A stretch of DNA of 64,000 nucleotides from assembly GCA_040285855.1 (NCBI GenBank), contig JAUFOQ010000006.1:1736001-1800000 (forward strand), in the 5' to 3' direction. This DNA comes from Eukaryota sp. GEM-RC1. Taxonomy: Eukaryota. The notes below the pieces were generated by a model that was not told the DNA's origin, searched no databases, and saw only the letters and a program-made list of their open reading frames with translations. Both the position numbers and the translations under genes were made by a program. Within the stretch, counting starts at the first letter, position 1. Each line of letters opens with the position of its first letter. Shown here one piece after another: positions 23,869 through 35,900 of this stretch.

Positions 23869-25544
23869 TTACTCTCTCCTGTTTCTCCTTCTTCTTTTCC
23901 TGTCGTCATTGTCATTACTTCTTCTCTTCTTACCAGCAGCTGGAGCAGCATCGTCGTTACTCTTTTTGATAAAGGTCCTTCGGGGTCTTGATTTGATTTC
24001 ATCAGAATACCTGGCCATATTTTCCAACTTTTGAGCTTCCATGTCTGCCTTTTCTAACTCTTTATCAGCTCGTTCTTTCCTAATCTGAGCCACAACAGCT
24101 CCAATCACATTATCAATCGACTCCTGAGCCTTATCAATCACGTCATCAGGCAACATTCTTTCCTTTAATGAATTACAAGCATGTTTCATAATATTCTTAA
24201 CCAATGCCTTATCATCAGAAGTAATTAAACTTATACTTCTCCCTGCTCTCCCTGCTCTGGCTGTTCGTCCAACTCGATGAATATACGTCTTGTGACACCG
24301 TGGGAGTTCCATGTTAATGACATTGAAAACACTTGGTATATCAAGACCTCGGGAGGCTACATCAGTAGCAAAAAGGAAAGTAACGGCACCTGATTTGAAA
24401 TCATCAATAGCTTGTGATCGTTGAGTTTGGGATAAATCAGAATGAATCTCAGCTGCTTTATATCCCAAATGATTGAGAATTAAGCTCAACTTATGAACTA
24501 ATACCTTTCTAGGTACAAACACCAATGTTGGCTTTTCAAATCCCTCCGAAGATTGTACAAGAGAAACCAAAACAGCTGTCTTCAAAGTCCAATCAGCTTC
24601 ATTAATTTTAATAAACTCTTGGTTTAAATCCTTGGCTGTCGACAACACTGAATCAACAGCAATACTAACAGCATCGTCTCTCAGAGCTTTCTTAGCTAAC
24701 AGTCGAACCTCCTTGTCTAAAGTAGCAGAGAACATAAGAGATTGACGAGAAACAGGCACGCAATCAAGGATATAGTCAATCTCGTCCTTAAATCCAATAG
24801 ACAGAAGCCTATCAGCCTCATCAAATACTAAGACTTCTACATTAGAGAGATCGAATGACGGGGTATTCTTTAAATGGTCGATAAGTCTACCAGGAGTTGC
24901 TACAATAACATCAGGTTGATTTTTAATGTCAGCAACCTGTTTGAAAAGAGGAATCCCGCCGACAAGAGAACATGCAGAAGGTGATGACGATTTGATGGCA
25001 GAGGTAATGGTTCTAAAAACAGTTTCGATCTGAATAGCAAGTTCACGTGTTGGAGTCACGATTAGAACACGTGTGCAGTAGGTTCTTCCTCCAAGTAAAA
25101 GCAGGCGTTCAATGATAGGGAGGAGGAAGGCGCCTGTCTTACCAGAGCCGGTAACTGCAGATGCTAGGATGTCCTTGCCTTGGAGGATGGTGGGGATGGA
25201 TTGGTCTTGAATGGGAGTTGGGGTATCCCAAGAGAGGTTGGTTAGTGATTTGAGAAGAGTTCGAGATAGTGGAAGATCAGAGAAAAGCTTGGCAGCTGTT
25301 GATGATGTGAATTCAGTTTCTTCCTCAGATTCAGAAGAAGGCTCGTCAATGACTACTGGTGGTTTGCGAGGTTTTTGGGTTGATGATCTGGGTCACTGAA
25401 GAAGGAAGGAACTGGAGCAGGTTTCGATGGGGTCATGTCCATATCGGAGAAAAAACCTTCATCTGACGAATTAAGTTCAAAGGAAGATTCAGGTGAAGAA
25501 ATATGATGGTCTATCTCAGTTTGAGGAGGTGGAGGTGGTAACAT
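23869..25544 (-). CDS. DDX27: DEAD-box RNA helicase DDX27/DRS1 (one homopolymer frameshift)
   Basis: PTPIQ, AVTGSGKT, PTRELA, TPGRLIDH, DEAD, SAT, HRVGRTARAGR and C-terminal DEIKSRPRRTF. The N-terminus joins by adding one A at 25372-25376 (QPKKPRKPP). Confidence 0.9.
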
Positions 25545-25818
25545 TCTGAAGATTGAGAAGACAAAGTATTGTGTAACTGAGATTTACATGTCTTTCAATT
25601 CTTTCTCAATCGTGTACACTGCTTTCAAACAAACAATGAACGCATGTCACTCATTTTCTTTAAAATAAAAACTGTATTTACAATATGTCACCTCAAAGAA
25701 CATTTTTTAAATTGTTGTATTTTGAATGATATCAAATTGTCTATTCAGTCAAAACAGCACTTATCGATACTTTATAAGTCAAGAATAAAATACTTTATGG
25801 ATTCAAAAGTACCTGGAT

Positions 25819-26301
25819 TTATACAGATAATGCGCTGGAAGCAGTGGATCTCAAACAACGACGTGCGAATGGAATATATGATGCAACGTAATAGAGCAAG
25901 CAGCAAAACGATAGAATGACCAAAGGGATGAGAATGATAACGGGAGCTCCTTTCAAAGCTAAGAGTAACACTAAGACAAGGGAACCAATATAGGCCAGCG
26001 TTGAGACGATTCGCTTCGGTTTGAACATTGTTTTAAGTTGTTTGGTGGGACCAACGAGGAATGCAGTAGAGGCTATGGCCATAATATGTCCAAGAGCGTA
26101 TATCATGGAAAACTTTGTAGCACCAAATACTAGTGACGGTAGAAGCATTGTAGCAACAACAGCACAGATTAAACCAACACTAAAACAAATGGCGAAACCA
26201 TACAGACGGGTTTTCTTGCTGAGCTTGAATCCATCACCTAATTCATCCCAAAAAGACGCAGGTTGTGAGTTACGGCCAAGAAGATTGTCGAAAAAAGGCA
26301 T
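25819..26301 (-). CDS. SFT2: SFT2/Got1-family vesicle transport protein
   Basis: LSKKTRLYGFAICF, FLVGPTKQLKTMF, YYVASYIPFAR; likely start MPFFDN at 26301. Confidence 0.9.
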   Translation of the reverse strand: MPFFDNLLGRNSQPASFWDELGDGFKLSKKTRLYGFAICFSVGLICAVVATMLLPSLVFGATKFSMIYALGHIMAIASTAFLVGPTKQLKTMFKPKRIVSTLAYIGSLVLVLLLALKGAPVIILIPLVILSFCCLLYYVASYIPFARRCLRSTASSALSV

Positions 26302-26324
26302 TGGAAGGAAATGGAACAGAAATC

Positions 26325-26334
26325 TTTGCCTGCA
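26325..26334 (+). promoter_or_regulatory. TTTGCCTGCA motif upstream of orphan gene
   Basis: Lies in a 55-bp divergent intergenic region, 22 nt before ATG 26357. Confidence 0.5.
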
Positions 26335-26356
26335 CAAACCAATTGACTTATGTGCA

Positions 26357-27262
26357 ATGTTCAAATCTCGTAAACGGCGTTTGTTGGATGCCACACAAAA
26401 GGCCTTCTTCACACCATCTCAAAATCACCCATCATCAACATCTTCCAATCTACTTTCTGGAGGAATCAGCAAAGATCTTCTCTCACTGTCTCGGACGAGT
26501 CTATTACACCGTAACTTTCGTCACAATTCTTCATCTCTTGCTTCCAGTGGCCAATTATCATCTCGAGTAAAGAGTCCGATTCATAAATTAACAAGAAGAC
26601 CTGGTTCTCAGGAATTTCTGTTGGAGCCGGATTCTGCCATAAAGACAGAATCTAATGTCCCAAGTTTTTCCCCTTTAACTCCATCACCCTACCAATTCGA
26701 GAATTCCACTCCTAAATTGAACGTCATCCGATTCTTTGACGATGACGTTGAAAAAACTGATTCTGTATACAATGACTTCTTGGCAGAAAACAGACCCAGA
26801 CCAAATCGTTTTGAACCATTGAAGTTATCTGCGTCTCGTCAGACCTCCTCCCCTTATTTAACTCCTAAATTAGTCCCTCTAACAACTCCAAAGAACAGAT
26901 TTAAAAATATGATGTTCAATTCGACTCCTTCATCTACTTTAATCGAGTCTCCGATGGGAAATAATCCTTCATTTTGTGATGCTTTGCGATCGTCATCATC
27001 CAGAGGAGTATTGAATACTGATGAAAAAGAGATACAAGTAGAGGAAATATCGATCCAAATGATTGAAAAGTATATAACAGAAACACAACATTTACACAAA
27101 GAAAACAACAAACTACGTCAACAAAACTGTAAAGAAAGAGAGAACAATAGAATACTGCTAGAGACGATACAAATGATGGAAGCAGATTATCTGAGCGTAG
27201 AAACAAACATCTCAATAGAATTGAATGAGCTCAAAGACATTGATGGCCAAGAAACACAATAA
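26357..27262 (+). CDS. Hypothetical protein: S/T-P-rich disordered N-terminus, C-terminal coiled coil
   Basis: Start MFKSRKRR in CAATG context (basic NLS-like stretch); 301 aa. Confidence 0.7.
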   Translation: MFKSRKRRLLDATQKAFFTPSQNHPSSTSSNLLSGGISKDLLSLSRTSLLHRNFRHNSSSLASSGQLSSRVKSPIHKLTRRPGSQEFLLEPDSAIKTESNVPSFSPLTPSPYQFENSTPKLNVIRFFDDDVEKTDSVYNDFLAENRPRPNRFEPLKLSASRQTSSPYLTPKLVPLTTPKNRFKNMMFNSTPSSTLIESPMGNNPSFCDALRSSSSRGVLNTDEKEIQVEEISIQMIEKYITETQHLHKENNKLRQQNCKERENNRILLETIQMMEADYLSVETNISIELNELKDIDGQETQ

Positions 27263-27268
27263 ATCGAT

Positions 27269-27541
27269 CTATTTGTCCTTTAGTATCAGTTCACAGCTAT
27301 GTTTGATTGAGGAGATAGCGCCATCAAGTGTGGATTCAAACACAGGCATGGTTTCGTTTTGCATCTTATCCAGAACATGGTCAATTGCGGATACAGTTTG
27401 GAAGGAAGATTTGATGACCTGGTGAGCAGCAGAGATATCTGATTCCAGGGTGGACACGTAGTCCTTTAGTTGTGTTTCTTCAAGAGGAATAGGCTTGATA
27501 GAATCCCAATGTTGTGCTATAGAGCTGGTGTTCAAAGGCAT
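27269..27541 (-). CDS. Hypothetical small helical protein (90 aa)
   Basis: ATG-initiated ORF converging on the 27262 stop with a 6-bp gap. Confidence 0.55.
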   Translation of the reverse strand: MPLNTSSIAQHWDSIKPIPLEETQLKDYVSTLESDISAAHQVIKSSFQTVSAIDHVLDKMQNETMPVFESTLDGAISSIKHSCELILKDK

Positions 27542-27954
27542 TAAGACAAGAATTTGTATTTATCTTCAATCGTCTACCAAGAATCATACTCTTTCTTAAG
27601 AGTATCTTGATTACAATCTGGAATATGGTGTAACTTAATACTAGTCATGAAGGTACAGGCTTGTAGAGTTTTTGTTAAGATTAGTATAAGTTCTAAATAC
27701 ATTTACAGTAATAGGAAAAAGTCTCAACCAAAAACATTGATCTTTTCTACGTCATTTTTAACATCACTGTGATCTAAAAATACAAGGGAAAAGAACACTT
27801 CTTTTCTTTCAAGATGATGAATGACCAAGACCAAGAGGACGAACAAAACCGATCAAGAAAAGTTCTCCAAAAAGAAATAAATATGCAAAATTATCCCAAT
27901 AGTTCTACATGTACATAAATTGAAAATAGATAAAGGAAACAGTGTTTCAGCAAC

Positions 27955-28428
27955 TTACAGAACAACACAATGACAACCGGGCGAAGGACATCTGCTGGAT
28001 TGTACAGTCTCCAGTACAGTCTCTAACAGGATTGTTTGCTGATTCTTAGAGTTCAAAACAAGAACAGGCAATCCACACGATGAAGGGAGAAACGACTTAT
28101 CAACTTTGCTGACATCCGTTTTAGACAAAGCAATGACACATGGCATATCTAAAGAAGATAAAAATGGCAACTTCTCAATCAAGGTCTGTTTTCTTAGTAT
28201 ATCCGTGGTATCAACAACTAGAACAATTGCAGCGTAGTTGCGTTTACGTGGAAACTTGTTGGACAAAGAGGATAAGCAAGGTGAATCTAAGAATCGGAAA
28301 ACAGTATTGGGAAAGCGTTCTGGTTGATGTCGAACAATGTCTTTTAAGAAGGATATGAGAGTAGTCTTCCCAGAGTGACTATAGCCAAGAACAAGAACTT
28401 TAACTCTGATGGTATTGATTGTTGACAT
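27955..28428 (-). CDS. Divergent Ras-superfamily small GTPase-like protein with CaaX box
   Basis: KVLVLGYSHSGKTT P-loop, degenerate G3 (DSP) and G4 (SKTD), C-terminal CVVL. Confidence 0.7.
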   Translation of the reverse strand: MSTINTIRVKVLVLGYSHSGKTTLISFLKDIVRHQPERFPNTVFRFLDSPCLSSLSNKFPRKRNYAAIVLVVDTTDILRKQTLIEKLPFLSSLDMPCVIALSKTDVSKVDKSFLPSSCGLPVLVLNSKNQQTILLETVLETVQSSRCPSPGCHCVVL

Positions 28429-28448
28429 GAATCATTTGCAAAGAAAAC

Positions 28449-28458
28449 TTTGCCTGCA
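28449..28458 (+). promoter_or_regulatory. TTTGCCTGCA motif upstream of Top6B-like gene
   Basis: Lies 2 nt before ATG 28461. Confidence 0.55.
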
Positions 28459-28460
28459 AA

Positions 28461-29809
28461 ATGTCAAACCTCTATGATTCAACTTTGCTGATATACCATT
28501 CTTTAGAACATGTGTGTATTTCACCTGTCTAATTGAAGCTGTTTCAAAGAGCTGTTCTTTCTGGTCAAAACAGACTTTCAGGTCAAGTAGCTATTTCCAT
28601 TTCTTCACACAGCGCAGACACCATTCAGCTCATTGTGACTGACAATGGTGAGCCGATACATGCTACTTCGATTACTACAATGAAAACATCTCAAAAGCCG
28701 TTCTACTTATCAGATTCTGATGGATTTTCTCTTGCGTACATCTTCCTTACTGCGTTTAGATCCACCAGTCTTCCGATCACAGTATCGTCGACAACGTCAG
28801 ACTTACTTACAACCGAAGTCGAACTAATTGCTCCAAATGATACTTTTGAAACAATATCACACAAATCTTTCACTGATGAACACGCTAATCCTGGAACAAT
28901 GATTCGATTATACTTAAAGGGTGATCTTGATTCAAATATTTGCCTTTTTCACTCATTCATTTCTACATTTTGTCTACAACAATTATCAGTAGAATTGTCT
29001 TATACAACAGACCTAGATTCAGGACCTAAACTATTCCAGCAAACATCCTCTGATACACATTTGTTCTTTCCCACTGCCCCCATGGTATCTGATGACTTCC
29101 AACGATTAGCTTTCGGACTCTCTGAATGCTTTTCTATCGATTTGGACAACAGTGTCTGCTTGACAGAGAAGTCAGACCGGTATTCATGCAACCTTTTTAT
29201 TGGTTTATCAAGAATAGAAGAAGCTGAGGAATCTGAAGAAGAACGTACTATTACCAAGGTAATGTTTGTTAATAACTTCCCTCACCGACCTTCTGGTGGA
29301 TGTGATCTATTCAAGTTAATTAACAATAATCTGAGATTGTCTGATCTTGGAGCAATGACTGGAAAAGAGATTGAAGACGACAGTCTTTGTGAAGAGTTTT
29401 GCCATTCATTTCTCTTAAGTCTTTACAGTTCCACCAGAATTGTGGCCATCACTACGACATTGTGATCGGAATACAGTTGTACGGAGATATTCAATTCAAA
29501 ACAATAACAAAAGAAGCCGTGACCACAAATGTTGAGTTGTCCTCTTTGGTGTCCAAAATGATTAAGAATGGGGTGAGATCAATGAATAATTTATTACCTA
29601 ATATTATAAATAATGGTGACCGGATGGCGAAAAGAGAATTAATTCAAAACAGAATTCCATCTGTTACTGCCTCTCTGTTCAAGATTGTGTCCATCAGCAA
29701 GAACAAAGAGTTTCAACAACAAGCTCAAGATCTCTTTGGAGTAGACAATATAATTTCCCTCGCAGATGCCATTGAGGAACAACTTCAATGGTTTGTAGAA
29801 AGAACATGA
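28461..29809 (+). CDS. Topoisomerase VI subunit B-like (Spo11 partner type); intron 28512-28538 and one homopolymer frameshift
   Basis: GHKL-like LIVTDNG and GTMIRL, FVNNFP, and transducer-like IQFKTITKEAV. Frames join by adding one T at 29397-29400. Confidence 0.7.
28512..28538 (+). other. 27-nt spliceosomal intron
   Basis: GTGTGTATTTCACCTGTCTAATTGAAG: GT-AG ends, CTAAT branch point and an in-frame TAA. Removal links ATG 28461 to the long ORF. Confidence 0.8.
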
Positions 29810-29929
29810 ATCATTTCAAACAACATGTTGAAATCATGTTCCATTTCTATCTTGTTGTCTATTTTTCAAGTGATAAAAAACACCATATTTATACTTTTTT
29901 TATTGATAATACAAAGACAAGATCTACAT

Positions 29930-32900
29930 TCAAGAACGTTCAATGCTCTCCCGAACCTGTGAAAACAAAGCATTCAACTCAGATGTAAGTCGCGTAAACT
30001 CCTGATCCCAGAACTTGTACCGTTTGTTCTTGATTAGCTCAATAAAAGTAATCAACAATCCCCAAGGATGTGGACGATTCACAATTAATCTCTCCAATAA
30101 AACACGAGTAATTTGCTCAAGAACCACTTCATTGGAAATCTCTCCAAACATGTACAACAAAACACAAGAGTAGTAGTGAGTGTGAGCATTAGGATACCTC
30201 AGTTGGTTAGCCATGGCATTCAAGAAATAGTAACGTCCCTCAGCGTCTAAATCTTGCACCAATCGCAAAAAGATATGAATAGAACCACTAGTCATGTCAA
30301 ATCCACGAGACTTTCCTTGAGTTCGGGACCTCACACCAACATTTCCGATATGTAACACCAATGCGTTCAAAAGAGGAAGGTTGTACTTCCCGCTACTTGC
30401 CTGATCCGGTGGTAGAATGAGCTTTTCAACCAACGAGTATGGGTATGACGATGGCTGTTCCGTTTCCAAGTAATAATCTAATTCCTTCAATAAATTAGCA
30501 TCGACTAACGCTCCCTTGTAGTCAGATGCAATCTTTGGAGGTTCAGTAATGGTTGGAAGTAAATCTACCTTTAAATTGGGGGTAAAAGGATCAGGTAAAC
30601 GAATTGATCGTGGGAAAGCAGATAGAATTAAGTTTCTCATTTGGATACAGGTGCTTGGAATGGCATCACACAAAGAGAAATGATATTCAGACAAAAACTC
30701 GGGATAATCGTGTAGTAAAACTAGCAAGATTCGTAACACGCCCTTGTATAAAACACGTAGAGAGTTATCGAGGTCAACACGTTTCAAAAAGGTTCCATGA
30801 ACTGAAGCAACAGAATTAACAGTTTCTCCAGCATTAACCATCCGTTTTGTTCCTTGTGATCAAGTAAAGCAGGTAGGAAAGCCTTGTGTGACAGAAGTTG
30901 TACCCAAGATAAAGCAAAAGCTGGTACAACTGATGGTTTGATTGTCCGTAATGATTGGAAAAACAACGTAATCACATTCCAATAGATAGAGTCCAACACG
31001 GGATCAGGTGACGTGAGATTGTGTAATAAAGAACTAAAAAGTCGTAACCAAGGTCTTTGATCAACAACTCTTCCACCAACAAAGGAACTAAGCATTCTTT
31101 CAGTTAAACCAGCTATAACTCGCTGAGCAAGCTTAGCGGTGGAAGGTACGGAGTTAGCTTGACCTTGACCAACACGAACAACACAGGAAGAGAGTAACAA
31201 AGCACAGGAATCTAAAGGAGATGGGTTGTAAACAGAGTCAACACATGTGGGTAATGATTGTTCAATGGCAATGTCTATTAAAGACTTGATGAACTGAGCA
31301 TCTGGTTGAACAGGCTGAGACTTAACAGGTTTAGCGGGGGTAAGATAACCTCGAAGGAATAAGGAATCGACAAAGAGATTGATAGAACCTCCTAATTTAG
31401 AATCAAATGAAGCACCACTGATTGAGTCGTGATTGGTGACGTTTACAGGAGCTCTGGCAAGTAACACATTCCAATTAGAAAAGACTACCTCAATCGCTGA
31501 CTTCCAGACCAAGTTCTTATCTATTGGTGATTGGTCAATTAAACCGTACAGAGTGTCAATGGATTGTAGTAGTGCTGATACTTCAACAGGCTTGGGTGAG
31601 AGAGATTTAAAAGCAGATAGGAGAGGTTGGAAGGCAGATAGAGGTTCAGAACGATCTTTGACCAAGAACTTATCAACAATGAAGATTGCAAAGTTGAGTG
31701 CCTTTTCAGAGTCAATCAATTTGGCTGCCAAATAAGGAAAGTAGTCCAAATGATCAATCACTTTCCAAATCAGAAGGGCTGGGATGTGAACTTTTGAGTA
31801 ACAATAGAGATCAGCAGTCGACAATTGCTGAGTGTACAATCTAAACACAGTAGGATTACAAATCTCCTTCAAAATAGACAAAACCTTTGCCAACACATCA
31901 ATTCGAAGATATCCATGATCTTCCTTAGTTTCATAGTATCTTCTAAGAACTGAGTGGATAGCAGTGTGGACAAACGTGGTACTCTGAGAGTGCTTGTTTG
32001 AGATGGAGAAGATCTTGCTGAGTTCCTTGTGGATAGTATGGGTGGGAGGAAGGGAAGACAGGGATTCTTGGTCGATATCGTTAGCTGACATGGTACAGAG
32101 ATCATCAAGTGATTGATCAAGAGTCATGATTGCTTCATTCGAGTGGTTATCATTTGATTTAGCTGCTGACGTGTCACTTTTGACTCCAAGCTTAGGAATA
32201 TTAGAAAGATTCTTATACACTTGATCTTGCTCTTCAGTAAGAGTGTATCCATTGTAGCCCTCTGTCCATTTGAGACCCTTTGGTAGAGCTAGTACTTGCT
32301 GAACTGAAGAGGAGTGAAGGGGTGGAGCAAAGGTACCATTGGAACGTGATTGGATCTCAGAATGGCAGTATTGGGAGATGATTTGAGAGGCAAAATCAGC
32401 AGAAGCTGTTTCAATCACTTCTGAGCAAACATGGACAATATCAGCAAAGTATACTTGAATAGCAGACTGTATCTTTTCACGTACAGATCCAGAAGTTTCC
32501 TTTAAAACCGCTACTAGAGAGGTCTGGATCGAGTATCTAAGAGGTTCTTTGCAAGTAACAGAAGATAAATGAAGAGCAAGCACTGAAACTGTGTTGGTGA
32601 GGATTGATTGGTACTTCTTCGAATCCTTGACAACAGCCATGTCCTTATTAACTAAAACACGAGCAGTATCACCAGCAATTCGAATAGCTCTTTCAATTAC
32701 TGGGGTGGTGGTTTCACGAAGGGCGGTAGCAACGGCGCTAAAGATGAGTTCAAGCTCCTTCTCGTCAAGTGAATGCTTAGAGTTTGCTAAAAGAGTAGTC
32801 ACTGCATCATGTCCAGTCTTGACAACGCTGTCAACGTCAACAATCTTCTTAGGTTGAGGTAGTTCTAAAGGGATTGGAGAACTGACAGCTGGGGTTGGAG

Positions 32901-35900
32901 TCTTGATGTCATTGTCAGTGTAGGAAGGAGTATTGGAGGAGAAAGGAGTGGGTGGAGGTGGTGGTGACTTGCGTGGAAGAGCCGGGGTAGGAGGTAGATT
33001 GACCTCAGGGGCAGGTTCAACTTCATAGCGGTTCAGAATACGATCAGGATAGGCAGGAGTCACGTCATCAATCTTAACTGATAGCTTTCTCATCACTGAT
33101 TCAATTTCAAACTTCATGTTCAGACGGGCGTCTGGTAATTGATGAACCTCTGAAAGTAACCGTAGGATATACATTGTCCATGGACAAGGTGGCCTGAAGA
33201 GCTTTCCACGTAGACATCCGCGTAGAATGTGAGTAACAAAAGGAACAACTGCTAGAAGACGACCTTTTACATAGCCATCAATTAGAACTCCTCGCAAGTA
33301 AATGTCTTTGCGTAAAAGAGGACGATCTCTGCCCAAGGTGATGAGTCCAAGCCATGCACCAAGAGCTTTAAGAGAAGATCTTGCTTCGAAAGAGGAAAGT
33401 AGCTCGCTATCAGCAAGTAGACCTCGCACGTGATGAGTTGTTGAATCAAGGACAATTGCCCAAATGGAAACCGGAGTTTTAGCAGAGGTTGACACACGTG
33501 TCTCGACAATTCCTTCTAGAAGTCGATAATAAAGCTCGTGATTGCGAGGCTCGGTAACAATACGCCGTAAGACTAAATGTTCAACAAAATAGAGCAAGAT
33601 ATCCTCTCTAAACAACAAAAGAGGACGAACTTCCTTATTACCACGCATTTTAGCAGTGTCTAGAGTGATATTATTCAAAACAAAAGAAATCTTGTCAGTC
33701 ACTTCAGTTTCTGGTACGGTAATGATTCTTCTTCTCGACGACCTTAACAAAGCTGCACAAGAACTTTGAAAGATAGAACTTCCTACATTAGGAACAGGAT
33801 CTACAGACTTTGATACAGAACGACGTTCATCTTCTGGTGAGTAACCATCATCAGCAACAAGAGTGGGTTCGAATAAAAGACCAGCTTTCCCTGGTAAAAC
33901 TACTTCTTCGCCATCTAATTGAGAGAGGGCATAGTCAATGCCATGGCTGTTGATGTGCTTTAAGAACATGCAGATTCTGGTTTTGAAGGTAGTGTATCTA
34001 GAAACGGCTGTTAAATCCAATACAAAGTCAAGATACTGTGTCCATTCAACCAATCGATGAACAAACTGAGCAACGAAATGTCCAATAAAGATCTCTATTT
34101 GACGATGAGGATATTTGGCAGTGGAAGACTTTTGAGTATCTAACAAAAGCTGTAGAAGTTGACGTAGAGCAATACCAGCATCTTCATAAGTCTCAACATC
34201 ACAAGCAAAGATAACTCCAAATACTCTAGCAAATATTCTAAGAGCTTCTGGAGGGTACAGGTCTATGAACCTAATCTCATCCATTAAATGGTGAATTAGA
34301 GATCTGTATACGGAATAGTCGTCAGAAGAGGGAGGTGAGCGCTTTAGACGTTTAAACAACACGACAACATCGTTGAGGCAAAGAGAACCATCAAATATAG
34401 TAACAAAATGACCATTTGCTATTTGGTCAATGTGTGGAGGGAAGACGGGGGATGGTTCAGGGGGTAGAGATAAGTCTAGTTTGGAAGGTCCTTTGACAGT
34501 TCCAGAGTTTGCAACCTGTTGTTGAAGTATCTGTCGTAGATCATCAGTGGGAATTCCAGGATCAGCAGCGTCTACAGGTACCAAGCTTCTACAATACTCG
34601 AACAATCGATCATGAGAATCTTGAGTAAGTAGAGAGTGATGCTCAGTGAAAACCTTGCAAAAGATTGATCTAATTTCAGAAGTTATTGGTACGGCCTTCT
34701 TGTTGACTGTAGTTGGCGTGGAATTGATCTTACCAGGAGACATTGCGATATCAGTAGATTCAGAAGAGAAGACAGAGTCCACAGAAGTAAATGACGTTAG
34801 GAACACCACAGCAGCGTTAGCAAATACAGGTCCTAATGCGGACATTCCTTCCTTTAACCAACGTTCTAAATGGAGGTACTCTCGTCTGGCAGCAAGGGAA
34901 GCTAATCCAATGGTGAAGTAGAGGTCAGTGCATTGTAATAAGGGAAGGAGGGCACGTAGCTCGTGGACAATGTCAATGAGGCGGGAGATCATTGAGGGAT
35001 CCTTGGAGAAGGTGTGGACCATCGCATTAGCGAGAAAGTTCTTGTTGCTCTCCCAGAACTTGTATAATACAGGGGATGCTGCGGGAATAGTTCTTAAAAC
35101 TGCGGGGAAGAGCGCATGTTGGATCTCACTGTACAAGGGAGAGAGGAACTTCTTGTCAGTTAGCATTGATAGACCTAAGAGGATGACTTCAGGAGCTAGT
35201 TTACCAGGCTTTAAAAGGAGAGCTCCAGCCTTTGGTCGTACATGAGTATCTCCTAGTTCCAGAACAGTCTTAATAAGGTCTAAGGACAACCATGGCTCTA
35301 CTTCTGGTGGTGGGACAGTAGCAGAGTGGTGTTGGTTGGCTCTTCCTGGGGGTGGGGGAAGCTTGTCTGGGGAGGGAATGACGATAGAGGAAGCGGTGGA
35401 GAAGCGAGGTTGTTCGCTTTGAGGGAGAGATAGAACGGCGTCGAGCATTTCTACTTGGGCGTCAACGTTGGTCCATGTTCTACGGTCTCCAACTAGTGAC
35501 TTGATGAACACGTCAGTAGAGCGGCACACTTGAAAGATGAAGTCACTGAGGAAGGAGGAAAGAGAGGCGGGAGTGATGGGAGTTTGAAGCAGTGGTGAGT
35601 CCATAGAGGAAAGAACAGCAGCCCAGTTTAAACCAGTGGGAGATTGGTGAGGAGCAGTGGGTTTCTGGTAACTTGACAGGACTTCCCCTACTATAGAGAG
35701 GTTCCAAGGATTGGAGGAGTCTGCAGAGGCTGAGGAAATGACAGCAGCAAGGAGGTCGCCAACGTCGCTTTCAGAGACATCTCCAAAGTCAGAGAGAAGA
35801 CGGGCAAAGGCTTGAGAGTTCATTGTGCAAGGAGGGCCATGTTCTAGGACGACACCAGCGAGGGAGATTGAAGAGGCAGCAGAAGCGGAGACGTTGGTGA

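Noticed and set aside
26021..26412. Long antisense-overlapping N-terminal extensions (also 20911-21018 and 36693-36737)
   Set aside because: They rely on non-ATG or antisense-embedded starts. Recognisable sequence begins at ATGs 26301, 26357, 20910 and 36738.
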